A stretch of DNA of 64,000 nucleotides from an uncultured Candidatus Poseidoniales archaeon (GTDB lineage Archaea; Thermoplasmatota; Poseidoniia; Poseidoniales; Thalassarchaeaceae), in NCBI GenBank assembly GCA_902625325.1, contig CACOAW010000003.1, positions 19,097-83,096 on the forward strand. The letters run 5' to 3'. A program made the position numbers and the translations under genes. The notes beneath the pieces were generated by a model, which saw nothing but the letters and a program-made list of their open reading frames with translations, was not told the DNA's origin and made no database searches. Shown here one piece after another: positions 36,695 through 46,783 of this stretch. The stretch's first letter is position 1. The number at the start of each line of letters is the position of its first letter.

Positions 36695-38062
36695 ATGGAT
36701 AAACTAGTAATTTTTGATTTAGATGGCGTTTTGATAAATAGTAGGGAGATGCATTTTCATGCATTAAATTCGGCCCTTTCCATTGTTGGAAAAGAATTTG
36801 AAATTGGTTGGGAAGAGCACTTGAGCACATATGATGGCTTACCAACAACAAGAAAACTTGAGATGTTAGCTGAAAATAAGAGCCTCCCTAGGTCTTCTTT
36901 CCAATCAGTTTGGGAGAATAAACAGAAAGCTACAATTGAAATGTTCAATAAACTGGATAAAGACCAAGAACTGATAGGTTTTTTTGAGACTTTATCCAAG
37001 CTTGGGATAAGAATAGCAGTAGCTAGCAACAGTATTAGGAATACCGTTAAGATAATCCTTCTCAGGTTGGGGCTTCTGGAGTTTGTTGATTTCTTTGCAA
37101 GCAATGAAGATGTTTCCCTCAAGAAACCACATCCTGAGATGTACTGGAAATGTATGGTTGCCTGTAACACAATTCCACGATTGACCGTAATTATTGAAGA
37201 TAGCCACATCGGTAGGAGGGGTGCGATTGATTCTGGGGCTCATCTAGTTGCAGTTGAGAATAGGGACGATTTAGGAAAACAAAAAGTTGAGAGAACCATC
37301 GCAATTCTAGATTCCCAGTCCAATGAGTCTGATGTACCATGGAGATCCGAGAAAATGAATGTTCTAATCCCTATGGCCGGGGCAGGAAGTAGATTCTCAA
37401 AGGCAGGATATACGTTCCCAAAGCCACTGATAGAAGTCAGAGGTAAACCAATGATTCAGGTTGTGGTGGAGAATTTGAATATAGAGGCCAACTACATATT
37501 TATAGTTCAGAAAGAACACTATGACCGGTACTCTTTGCAAATGCTTTTGAATCTAATATCTGATAATTGCACGATAGTCCAAGTCGATGAACTAACTGAA
37601 GGAGCTGCTTGTACGACATTACTTGCTAAGGAATACATAGACAATGACGCCCCTTTGTTGATTGCAAACAGTGATCAGTTTATTGACTGGAATAGCAACG
37701 AGTGCCTGTATGCATTTAGCGCGGATGGGATAGATGGGGGAATATTGACTTTCAAATCAACACATCCAAAGTGGAGCTATGCGAAATTGGACTCAGATGG
37801 TTTTGTTACTGAGGTTGCCGAGAAAAGGCCAATTAGTGATAATGCTACGGTGGGAATTTACTATTGGAAGAGAGGTTCTGATTATGTCAATTATGCCGAA
37901 GAAATGATTTCTAATGACATAAGGGTAAACAATGAATTCTACGTTTGTCCGGTCTACAACCAGGCAATTGAAGATGGTAAGAAAATTAGGATTAAGCATG
38001 TAGATGGGATGTGGGGCCTCGGAACTCCAGAAGACTTGAATTATTTCCTCGACAGAAAATAA
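36695..38062 (+). CDS. HAD phosphatase / nucleotidyltransferase fusion
   Basis: N-half IFDLDGVL, VASN, KPHPE, IEDS; C-half VLIPMAGAGSRF..AGY..PKPLI, NSDQ, EKRPIS, GLGTPEDL. Confidence 0.88.
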   Translation: MDKLVIFDLDGVLINSREMHFHALNSALSIVGKEFEIGWEEHLSTYDGLPTTRKLEMLAENKSLPRSSFQSVWENKQKATIEMFNKLDKDQELIGFFETLSKLGIRIAVASNSIRNTVKIILLRLGLLEFVDFFASNEDVSLKKPHPEMYWKCMVACNTIPRLTVIIEDSHIGRRGAIDSGAHLVAVENRDDLGKQKVERTIAILDSQSNESDVPWRSEKMNVLIPMAGAGSRFSKAGYTFPKPLIEVRGKPMIQVVVENLNIEANYIFIVQKEHYDRYSLQMLLNLISDNCTIVQVDELTEGAACTTLLAKEYIDNDAPLLIANSDQFIDWNSNECLYAFSADGIDGGILTFKSTHPKWSYAKLDSDGFVTEVAEKRPISDNATVGIYYWKRGSDYVNYAEEMISNDIRVNNEFYVCPVYNQAIEDGKKIRIKHVDGMWGLGTPEDLNYFLDRK

Positions 38063-38081
38063 AAAATATGCTGGTTATTTT

Positions 38082-38552
38082 ATGAAAATTATATCCCATA
38101 GAGGAAATTTGGAAGGGCCGGAACCAGATTTTGAAAACAATCCAGAAAGAATAGATTTCTGTATTTCCCGAGGGTTCGACGTAGAAATAGATCTTTGGGT
38201 AGATGAAAAATCAGGGAAGATCCTCCTAGGACATGATTACGGTGACACAGAGGTAGACATAGAATGGCTCTCAGATAGAAGTAATAAATTATGGATTCAT
38301 TGCAAAAACTACTCCGCACTTTTTCTCCTATCTAACAATCATGAAGAATTCAATTTCTTTTGGCATGACAGAGATGATTATACTCTGACTAGCAGAGGTT
38401 ATATTTGGGCCTATCCTGGAAAGGATATTGGACCAAATTGTATTATTGTTATGCCGGAATGGGATAATGAAATTGCTGATGGATTTATTCACCCATCATG
38501 CTTAGGGATTTGTACAGACTATCCAGAGAAAATATCGGAGATGAAGGATTGA
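38082..38552 (+). CDS. Small PLC-like/GDPD-like phosphodiesterase domain protein
   Basis: IISHRGN, EN, DVEIDL, LGHD, IHCKN and ICTDY. Confidence 0.75.
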   Translation: MKIISHRGNLEGPEPDFENNPERIDFCISRGFDVEIDLWVDEKSGKILLGHDYGDTEVDIEWLSDRSNKLWIHCKNYSALFLLSNNHEEFNFFWHDRDDYTLTSRGYIWAYPGKDIGPNCIIVMPEWDNEIADGFIHPSCLGICTDYPEKISEMKD

Positions 38553-38884
38553 GTAGCCAAAACCATCAGAAATTCTCCCTATCAGAAATGGTTAGAGGTT
38601 GGTTCATTGGTGATTTTGACCCCTCAGTAATTAGGACTCCAGATTTCGAAGTTGCTGTTCAGAATTTTTCAGCTGGAGAAAAGGAAACTAAACATGTTCA
38701 CAAGATCGCCACTGAAGTTACCGTCATCGTATCAGGAGAATGTACGATGAATGAGGTGGATTACTCTTCAGGCGATATCGTCCTAATTTCACCTGGCAGT
38801 CCGAATCAATTCTCAGCCATTACAGATGTAGTAACCGTAGTGGTGAAAATTCCGAGTTTAGCTGGTGACAAGTATCTACTTTAG
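38549..38884 (+). CDS. Cupin-domain protein
   Basis: GWFIGDF.P, H.HK.A.E...IVSG and GDI..I.PG. The TTG start overlaps the upstream stop. Confidence 0.75.
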   Translation: MSSQNHQKFSLSEMVRGWFIGDFDPSVIRTPDFEVAVQNFSAGEKETKHVHKIATEVTVIVSGECTMNEVDYSSGDIVLISPGSPNQFSAITDVVTVVVKIPSLAGDKYLL

Positions 38885-38936
38885 ACCATCACATTCAATA
38901 GAAGTTCTGATTAATATCCCACGAATCCAAAAAAAT

Positions 38937-40055
38937 ATGGGAGCGCAAAAATATGTGGTCTGCAAGGGATATTACGGTCTAGGAGGAAATATCGCCGTCC
39001 TTCTCTGTGCAAAAAGAGTATCCGAAATTTTGGACAGAAAATTATTGGTAGACTGGCGTGAAAATCGGAATTATGGACTATCTGACTCTGATATTTTCCA
39101 AGACCTTTTTTCGTCAGATGAAATCCTTTCTTTCGACCCTTCTTTTGGAGAGGGATCAGTATGGCCAGAGTATTGGAAACCGTTCATAGGTAGGACGCAA
39201 CCTTATTCTAGCGATTTCCCTCTCACCACAGTGAGGTCGTCCGATATCGAAGAAATACCTCGCGATGAATTGAATAAATTCGATCTAATTGTCATTACTC
39301 GGGATGACAAATATTGGCATAGTCACGAATATTTGGAGGAATTCTCTCAAATTTCCAGATGTTTATCGCCAAATTCTGAAATTTTGAAGACTATAGATAA
39401 TTTCGAGAAAGAGAATTTCTCTGATCATACAGTTGGAATACATTTCCGTCATGGAAACGGAGAAAAAACCGTTGTTCCACCCGATATTAACTGGTTTTTC
39501 GAGAAAATTGAATCTATTTATGGCTCCAAAAAGGATTTCCGAGTCTTCCTTTGCACTGATTGCTCTGCTGTGGTTTCCCGGTTTGAAGAGAAATATCCAG
39601 GATTAGTTATCCATACTGAAAAGTTCTATCCTCCACTAGGATCAGGCGGTATGCATTATGCAAAAGGAGATGAGGCAAAGATGAGTAGTGCGATAGAAGC
39701 CATAATCGACATTTGGCTGCTTTCTCGTTGTTCTCGTCTAATCGGTTCCAAGAGTTTTTTCTCTAGGCTAGCAGTAATTCTGGGACAATCTAGAAATCTA
39801 ATCGAACACTTCATCTGGAATCCCATTCACAGGAGCCATAAACCACTTGAAGGACATATCGAAATCAGTGAGGATGATGAAATCCTCCGTCTCTTTTCTA
39901 GTAATTTGATTCCAATAGATGGCATTTATTTCACTGAGAGCGGGAACGAGAAAGAACTCTATTACTTGTTTACAAAAATCGCCACATTCAGCGATAGAAA
40001 TCCTTTGGATATCGAGATAGTTCGTTCAGGATTACTCAGGAATCGTCTATACTAG
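38937..40055 (+). CDS. NodZ-like (GT23) fucosyltransferase
   Basis: GLGG, VDWR, VGIHFRHGNGE, FLCTD and A.ID..LLS.C..LI...S.FS. Confidence 0.75.
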   Translation: MGAQKYVVCKGYYGLGGNIAVLLCAKRVSEILDRKLLVDWRENRNYGLSDSDIFQDLFSSDEILSFDPSFGEGSVWPEYWKPFIGRTQPYSSDFPLTTVRSSDIEEIPRDELNKFDLIVITRDDKYWHSHEYLEEFSQISRCLSPNSEILKTIDNFEKENFSDHTVGIHFRHGNGEKTVVPPDINWFFEKIESIYGSKKDFRVFLCTDCSAVVSRFEEKYPGLVIHTEKFYPPLGSGGMHYAKGDEAKMSSAIEAIIDIWLLSRCSRLIGSKSFFSRLAVILGQSRNLIEHFIWNPIHRSHKPLEGHIEISEDDEILRLFSSNLIPIDGIYFTESGNEKELYYLFTKIATFSDRNPLDIEIVRSGLLRNRLY

Positions 40056-41070
40056 TATTTTCTATTAGCTCAGAGTAAATCTCTCCAAATTTTATTTTCG
40101 CCCTTTCAATTGAGTATTTTTCAGCCAATTTACTCAATTCTTCGTTCAATAAAACATATTGTTCCGACCCAGAAATTTCAATAATCCTCCTTGCCCAATC
40201 ACCCGGTCTATCAAGAGGGACTACCAATTTCTCAATTCCAATTGTTTGGGAACTAGCAGGAGAAACTATACATGGTATACGGTTAACAATGCATTCAATA
40301 ACAACCATTGATGAACCTTCGTATTCACTTGGAACGAGTACGAAATCAACCTCTTTGAGTATGGCTCTTTTATCATTCTCACTAATCCAACCAAGAGCTT
40401 TGACTGAGTCTTGTAATTTGAAAGATTTAGGAATTCTTGAAATCCCAGTCATCGTTAAAGTAGATTTTTTTCCCATTTCTTCCAACGAGGTAATAATTTC
40501 CAGTGCAAAATTATGCCCCTTAATCCTTGAATTCCTTGCCGCCAATAATAGACTGATATTTTCTTTGCACTCTTTATTCTCCCTTTTTACTGTCCTTTTT
40601 GATGAATTCAGGACAACTTGGGCATCATCAGGAATCCATGTTTTCAACCTCTCAATCCATCTTTCCTCTAGTAATACTACTTTGATACCATTTCTATTTA
40701 GAGTTCTTGAAACTGATTTCCCTGCAACTCCCTTACAGAAAACATCAAACATCCCTGAATGGATATGAACTACCACAGGTATTCCATTTTTGTGACACAT
40801 TTCAATAAATATTTTTTTTCTCCACCAACTTAACGAGTGGGTAACATGTATGTGAGCAATGTCAATTTCGTTACATCGAATTAGATTAATTAACTTCTTT
40901 CTCGCCTTTAGGAATTCTCTAAACTTGGCAATTAAACCCGAATCCGAGTGCGTGGAAATCTCATTCGATGACCATCCATCTGGAGGGTTTTCAACCAGTA
41001 TCGAAATTACTGAGGACATCCCTCCCTTGCTTTCCGAAGGCCCCAAATGGACCACCTTTTTCTCCGACAA
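40036..41070 (-). CDS. GT4 glycosyltransferase
   Basis: KGGMSSV, HIHSG, KG and PSEYEGSSMVVIE (EX7E). Confidence 0.82.
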   Translation of the reverse strand: MSEKKVVHLGPSESKGGMSSVISILVENPPDGWSSNEISTHSDSGLIAKFREFLKARKKLINLIRCNEIDIAHIHVTHSLSWWRKKIFIEMCHKNGIPVVVHIHSGMFDVFCKGVAGKSVSRTLNRNGIKVVLLEERWIERLKTWIPDDAQVVLNSSKRTVKRENKECKENISLLLAARNSRIKGHNFALEIITSLEEMGKKSTLTMTGISRIPKSFKLQDSVKALGWISENDKRAILKEVDFVLVPSEYEGSSMVVIECIVNRIPCIVSPASSQTIGIEKLVVPLDRPGDWARRIIEISGSEQYVLLNEELSKLAEKYSIERAKIKFGEIYSELIENTSIDDS

Positions 41071-41099
41071 ACTCTATACCAACTCGCGCCTTCTTCTGA

Positions 41100-42227
41100 G
41101 TGCTGATTATTGTGGCATCATTAGGTGTTTTTTGGTTTTCAGGTGTTATTCTGTTTTTTCTTTCCGTGTTTCCACCTTGGTTACATTATTCAAGAATGAG
41201 AAAAATTGACAATCCTCATTACGATAGAAAGTCTCCAAAATATGAACTCTCATTAACAATCTTCTTACCAATGAAAAATGAAGGAAAAAATGTAGTCAGG
41301 AAAATCAATGAAGTACTATCAATGGATCGTCCGACTTCGGACTTAAGATTGCTAATAGTAGATTCCGGTTCCAATGACGGTACTGCTGATTTGGCCAAGC
41401 AACATCTTGAGAAAATCGATGATGAAATTTCTTGGCGGGTAATTTCTCTCAGTCGCTCAGGAAAGTCAGTAGCGGTCAATCACGCTTTAGAAATAATTGA
41501 AACTGACATTATGATAATGATGGATGCCGACGCTTTTTCTCCCAGTGACTCTCTCGTTAAGTTATACAATCATTTCTCAGATAAACAAATTGGCGCAGTC
41601 TGTGGTAAATTTTCTCCACCATCTAGTATTCTTGGAGGAGAATATAGAAAGAGATTCAATACAATTAGGACGGGGGAGTCCGTAATCTGGGCTACACCAA
41701 TCCTTGAAGGATCGATTTGCGCTTTTCGTATTTCTTCGATAGGCGATAACAGGATCAATGACGAAATCAATGCAGACGACTCGCAACTATCCATGATTAT
41801 AATTTCAAATGGCTTCAGAACAATCATGGATCCGGAAATTCGATTTAATGAAGGAGGGGTTAGTCAACCAACCAGGAAGAGACTGGTCAGAAGGGGGCAA
41901 GGCCTAATCAGGGCAATTAATCAACATAAAGGAAATGATTTTTCTACAAAAGAATTCAAACCAATCTTCTACCATTCATATTATTTCTATACGATCATGC
42001 CTTTGCTCGTTTCATTTTCAATTATATTATTTATTTCTTCTTCTATCTCTTACTCCATAAATTATGAGTCAGATGTCGGCAACTACTCTATTTTGACGTT
42101 AGCCTTATTTTCTCTTTCACGAACATGCAGAGATTTCGTTGTTGGAATCTCGATTCTTCTAGAATCGCAAATTAGACTGATTTTTGGTCAGAAATTACAA
42201 AATTGGGACACTGATAGAAAATCGTAG
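41100..42227 (+). CDS. Membrane GT2 glycosyltransferase
   Basis: N- and C-terminal TM segments; P.KNE, VDSGSNDGT, GKS.A.N, DAD and ADD. Confidence 0.82.
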   Translation: MLIIVASLGVFWFSGVILFFLSVFPPWLHYSRMRKIDNPHYDRKSPKYELSLTIFLPMKNEGKNVVRKINEVLSMDRPTSDLRLLIVDSGSNDGTADLAKQHLEKIDDEISWRVISLSRSGKSVAVNHALEIIETDIMIMMDADAFSPSDSLVKLYNHFSDKQIGAVCGKFSPPSSILGGEYRKRFNTIRTGESVIWATPILEGSICAFRISSIGDNRINDEINADDSQLSMIIISNGFRTIMDPEIRFNEGGVSQPTRKRLVRRGQGLIRAINQHKGNDFSTKEFKPIFYHSYYFYTIMPLLVSFSIILFISSSISYSINYESDVGNYSILTLALFSLSRTCRDFVVGISILLESQIRLIFGQKLQNWDTDRKS

Positions 42228-42272
42228 CATTTTTCCCGGTAAGGAAATATACTTGATATGCTATGATAAACT

Positions 42273-42473
42273 ATGCCAGAAGACAGCGAAGACGAATTGG
42301 ATCAGGGATATATCATTGTCAGAAGCGCCTCTAACGTGCTTGCATCTGCTTCGAATAAGCTTAGTACTTGGGTGACAATGAAGATGGAGAATGGTTGGAA
42401 TCCTCACGGGACGCCGCAAATCCACCATGACGGAGAAAAATTCTACATTATCCAAGCCATGATTAAATCATAA
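42273..42473 (+). CDS. DUF1737-like small protein (second copy)
   Basis: YIIV...L...V...M.NGW.P.G......QAMIK. Confidence 0.62.
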   Translation: MPEDSEDELDQGYIIVRSASNVLASASNKLSTWVTMKMENGWNPHGTPQIHHDGEKFYIIQAMIKS

Positions 42474-42478
42474 TCCCT

Positions 42479-43555
42479 TTATTTTCTTAGCGCATTGATC
42501 ATTCTGATTGAAACGCCTTTCCAAGTGAGTGATTTAGAATACTTTCGAGCAGAATCTACGATTTCACCCCAATCTTCCGAGCTTAAAGAGGATAGAATTG
42601 AAACGCTCTTTACTTCCCAATCATTTTTACTGAGTAGAATACAAGCTTCCTCAATTTTACTACCATTACCCGGGTGTCTGGGACCAATAATTGCCAGTCC
42701 TGAGGACAAATACTCTGCCAATTTAAGTGGGCTGGCAATTCTCCAAATTGGTAAATCAGGCATTGTCATTATTCCAACATGACAAATGGATAGGATTTTT
42801 CCAACTTCTAACTGGGGAATCTTTCCATGATATATCAGTCGGTTATCCCTACGACTCAACTTCTCAATTTTCTTTTCAATATCTCCCTCTCCGCAGATAT
42901 TTATCTCAAATTCTAAACCTTGCTTTTCCAACTCGCTAGATAGTTTCTCGATACTCATTAACCCTCTTCTTTTATCTATTCTACCAATGTATGCCAGTGA
43001 AATTTTCTCCATTGGATCTGGCTTATGTATAATGGTATTTTCTTGACACGTTCCAGCTGGAAGAATTTCATGATTCAAGGATATCCCTGCGTATTCCTCT
43101 ACAAAATTTGCATGTTCTTCGGAAACAACAAATCCCCCCGATGCACTATTTTCTGCGATTTCCCATGCACGTTTCCAATACCACTTTTGAAAACGTTTTA
43201 GAATTCCAGGATATGCTGGAGGGCCTCTATCAATGATGAACCATGATTTCTCAAGCTCTGAGATTATTTTTCTAATTGGGTATACATACCTCCAATCAAT
43301 GATAACTACATCGAATTTATTCAAATCCATTCCACTAATTTTCTTATGTATTTCATTAGCCGAAGATAATGTCTCAAGTCCTGGAATTTTTAATTTCTCT
43401 AGGCTAATATGGCTATAATTTTCACCAATATATCTTCCCGGACTCATTAATGTCACTTCAGCCCCATTTTCCCCCATTGAAGTAGCCAGATAGTGTTCCG
43501 TTGTCCCAGCAAGATCAGAACCTATTTCTCTTCCACTGATCCACAATACTCGCAC
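42479..43555 (-). CDS. GT4 glycosyltransferase
   Basis: YIGRIDKRRG, ICGEG, HGKIP and SPLKLAEYLSSG. Confidence 0.82.
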   Translation of the reverse strand: MRVLWISGREIGSDLAGTTEHYLATSMGENGAEVTLMSPGRYIGENYSHISLEKLKIPGLETLSSANEIHKKISGMDLNKFDVVIIDWRYVYPIRKIISELEKSWFIIDRGPPAYPGILKRFQKWYWKRAWEIAENSASGGFVVSEEHANFVEEYAGISLNHEILPAGTCQENTIIHKPDPMEKISLAYIGRIDKRRGLMSIEKLSSELEKQGLEFEINICGEGDIEKKIEKLSRRDNRLIYHGKIPQLEVGKILSICHVGIMTMPDLPIWRIASPLKLAEYLSSGLAIIGPRHPGNGSKIEEACILLSKNDWEVKSVSILSSLSSEDWGEIVDSARKYSKSLTWKGVSIRMINALRK

Positions 43556-43652
43556 GCATTGCCGTCAGGTTTCCGGCTTATCATCAATCTCATTGCCAGA
43601 TTTATTTTCAAAACGTCAAACCCTTTTTCCCCTGAATATATTCGGAGACACG

Positions 43653-45464
43653 ATGTTGGGGTCAGGACTATTGCGAGTTCGACTACTCAAAATCTCCAGA
43701 AGAAAATATAATTCTACACAATTTCGTAAAGCAGCAAGATACTCCAGAATAACTCAACTTATTTTCCGTGATAGAGAAAGCCTGGATATCCTAGCTAGAA
43801 GCTATCTCCGCATAAAGAATTATGATGGCGCCTGTAAAGCGTATAGAAAGGCGAATAAAAATGGTTTTGCTCTTTTAGACCATGAAATTAATCACTTCCG
43901 TTCAGAGTTGGGCGCTCAGAATTATCAAGATGCATTTATCGCTCTCCAGAGAGTGAAAGGGAGGGAACAAACAAAGAAGTGCACCTCACAATTGAAAAAA
44001 GAACTCTTGAAAATAACTGACTCTGAGAGGGTGTTAATAATCCAAGAGATGAGCTCAATTCACCCCCTTCCCAGAGAAATATCGGAGCTATTACCTTGGT
44101 CACCGAGAAAAATTGATTATGAAAAAACCGAGACAGATGACTTTGGAATTATCGACTCAAAGAACCTTGATTCTGAACGATATAAGAGAAAGCTCTCAAG
44201 AGTCCTATCTTCAGGAACTTACCGTGTGTCCGAACACCTTTCGAAGTCACTCAAAAGCCCCCTGAGAACCATCTTTCTACCAATTTCTACTCCTTTTCTG
44301 ATTCTAGATATTTTCAGAGAGAGAATTGGTTCGATCAGTGCCTCCGATAATTCGGTGAGTGTACCTAACTCTGTAGAATCTCGGCGCGACTCGATAGTCT
44401 TCTTTCCAACTAATGGGGTTGGGTTTGGCCATTTCACAAGACTTCTTGCTATCGCCCGGAAAATAAGAGAATCTCAACCATCTACAGAGATTGTCTTTTT
44501 CACCACTATGCCGACACTCCACATTCTTGCTGAGGAGGGATTCGTGTGCTATCACATGCCGGGCCGATATAGGTACAAAGGAATGGAAGCAAAATCCTGG
44601 AACGCTATGTGTGAAGAGATGCTATCTTTGATTTTTTCACTTCACAAGCCAAGTGCATTTGTTTTTGATGGATCCTTTCCCTACCGAGGGATGCTCGATG
44701 CAGTAAAATCCGAGACAAAAAGTATGCTTCGCCTTTGGGTAAGGAGGGGCGCAATTAGAAGAGGTTCAAAACCAATTCCAGTGGATAGTATAGGCCATTT
44801 CCATGCCATTATTAGGCCAGGCGATTCAGTCCAAGACTCATTTGTTGATGAAACGAGGCACAATATACCAATAGTAAGATCGCAACCAATACTTTTGGAA
44901 TCAAATAGTGGGGATAAGCAAACGTTTGGGATTCGTAAGAGGCTCGGAATCCCAGATGAAGCAATTTTATGTTACGTCCAATTAGGTGCTGGAAAAATAA
45001 ATGACATAGATTCAGAATTGGAAATGACTCTTGATGCACTAGACTCCTACTCACAGACATATGTATTACTCGGTGAATCAATGTTAGGTTCTCGTATACC
45101 TGTAAACTATGAGCGTGTCCGGGTTTTACGAGATTACCCCAATTCGAAATATTTTGATGAAATAGACTTCGCGGTAATTGCGGGAGGGTACAACTCGTAT
45201 CATGAAGTAGTGAGTTCGGAACTCCCTTCACTCTGTTATCCTAACATGAATACTGGTCGAGATGATCAACTTGCGCGTGCAAATATTGCCAAGGAAGCGA
45301 ATGCAATGGTGGTTATCGAAAGAAGAACCAAAGAGAAAATAAGGTTGGGTATAATGAGAATGATGGATTCTAAGAATAGAGAAAAAATGCGCAACTCGCT
45401 CGTCAAATTAAAGAGAAAAAATGGCGCTACTGAGGTTTCTGAATGGATAATCAACCAAATCTGA
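43653..45464 (+). CDS. TPR-like N-terminus fused to a GT-B (GT28/MurG-like) glycosyltransferase
   Basis: Helical N-terminal region followed by FFPTNGVGFGHFTR, FDG.FPY, AGGYNSYHE and DDQ.ARA. Confidence 0.78.
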   Translation: MLGSGLLRVRLLKISRRKYNSTQFRKAARYSRITQLIFRDRESLDILARSYLRIKNYDGACKAYRKANKNGFALLDHEINHFRSELGAQNYQDAFIALQRVKGREQTKKCTSQLKKELLKITDSERVLIIQEMSSIHPLPREISELLPWSPRKIDYEKTETDDFGIIDSKNLDSERYKRKLSRVLSSGTYRVSEHLSKSLKSPLRTIFLPISTPFLILDIFRERIGSISASDNSVSVPNSVESRRDSIVFFPTNGVGFGHFTRLLAIARKIRESQPSTEIVFFTTMPTLHILAEEGFVCYHMPGRYRYKGMEAKSWNAMCEEMLSLIFSLHKPSAFVFDGSFPYRGMLDAVKSETKSMLRLWVRRGAIRRGSKPIPVDSIGHFHAIIRPGDSVQDSFVDETRHNIPIVRSQPILLESNSGDKQTFGIRKRLGIPDEAILCYVQLGAGKINDIDSELEMTLDALDSYSQTYVLLGESMLGSRIPVNYERVRVLRDYPNSKYFDEIDFAVIAGGYNSYHEVVSSELPSLCYPNMNTGRDDQLARANIAKEANAMVVIERRTKEKIRLGIMRMMDSKNREKMRNSLVKLKRKNGATEVSEWIINQI

Positions 45465-46755
45465 TTGAAAGATCCTGCCAGAATGATGTAAGCTTCTCTT
45501 GCCCCCGCCTCGCCTTTTCAGAATCTAGATGAGGCCTCATGTCCCAAGTTTTCAGCACATTCTCTTGAGTAGGATTCATGATTGGCAGATATTCAATAAT
45601 CTTCTCTCGAATACCATGTCTATTTTTACTAGGAACAAAATCAATTGATCCTGGATACCAAGTTTCAAGTAAACTAAGATCGATAGACATATCCAACTTA
45701 TCTGCAATCGGTTTTAGATATGGAAAATCACTCAATTCTATTCTCTGAAGGGCGTATGCAACTACATTTTCATGAGAAATGGGGAATTCTGATAATTTTT
45801 TTTGCACTTCATTTGTTTTCATCATATCTAGAAAATTTTGCCCCCCCACACCTCCCAAAGAAAAGGCCAAAAGCTCTTTTCTGAAGCATTTCCAGCACCT
45901 CATACATGGTTTACCCCATCCTCCCCTAATGCAAGATTGGCTATAGTGGCCAAGTGGTGATTTTTCCCCAATTATTGCAGTTCCTATTTCGCTAACTCCA
46001 ATAACTGGCATCGATAACTCAATCCCAACTGAATCAAATAAAGTACTGTAAAATCTCCAGTGGGCACCTCTTCCATAGTCTATGAATTTTGAATGCCCAA
46101 GCCCAAATCCTGATTCCATTATTGTACCAAATGCCAATGAATCAAGGTTCAGATACTCAGATAGAAGTATTGCAGGAATAGCGTTGGCAAGATCTGTTGG
46201 AAATCCTACTGGCGTCCTGATGTATTCTAAATTTGTTGATATCACCTGTACATCATAACCAACATCGGATAACTCCTTACATATCTCTAGAGGAGCTTCT
46301 GAATTATACGAAGAACCCTTGGCAATCGGTCTATTGAGAAATATCGGAATAGTTTCTGAAGGCATTATCGCCAGAGCTGCAGACGAATCTGCCCCTCCAC
46401 TAAATGCCAGTCCGGGAAAACTACCCCCGGTCTTGTTTATATTTGAGATCTCGGAGTTGGTATTTGGAGTTAGTTTATATCTGCTAATTACAGATTGCGC
46501 CTTTTTGTGAAACTCTTCACTGACTGGAACCGGAAGAGATAACTCTTCACCAACAAATGGATTACATAACAAAATTGTCGACAAGGCTAGTAAATCAGGA
46601 TGAACTTCATGGGGCTTAATTTTTCCGTCCAAATCAAAGAATATCTCAATTTCATTCATTTTGAAGGGTAAATCACTCTGTAACAATCGATCGGCATTCT
46701 CATTTTCAAATTTCATCAGTATCTTCCCGTCTCGAAATTCTACTGATGATTTCAT
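45451..46755 (-). CDS. PP-loop (adenine nucleotide alpha-hydrolase-like) protein with QueC-type Zn motif (DUF6395-like)
   Basis: GLAFSGGADS and SC-x8-CMRCWKC. Confidence 0.65.
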   Translation of the reverse strand: MKSSVEFRDGKILMKFENENADRLLQSDLPFKMNEIEIFFDLDGKIKPHEVHPDLLALSTILLCNPFVGEELSLPVPVSEEFHKKAQSVISRYKLTPNTNSEISNINKTGGSFPGLAFSGGADSSAALAIMPSETIPIFLNRPIAKGSSYNSEAPLEICKELSDVGYDVQVISTNLEYIRTPVGFPTDLANAIPAILLSEYLNLDSLAFGTIMESGFGLGHSKFIDYGRGAHWRFYSTLFDSVGIELSMPVIGVSEIGTAIIGEKSPLGHYSQSCIRGGWGKPCMRCWKCFRKELLAFSLGGVGGQNFLDMMKTNEVQKKLSEFPISHENVVAYALQRIELSDFPYLKPIADKLDMSIDLSLLETWYPGSIDFVPSKNRHGIREKIIEYLPIMNPTQENVLKTWDMRPHLDSEKARRGQEKLTSFWQDLSIRFG

Positions 46756-46783
46756 TGTATCACTGAATTTTTCGATTAATTAA

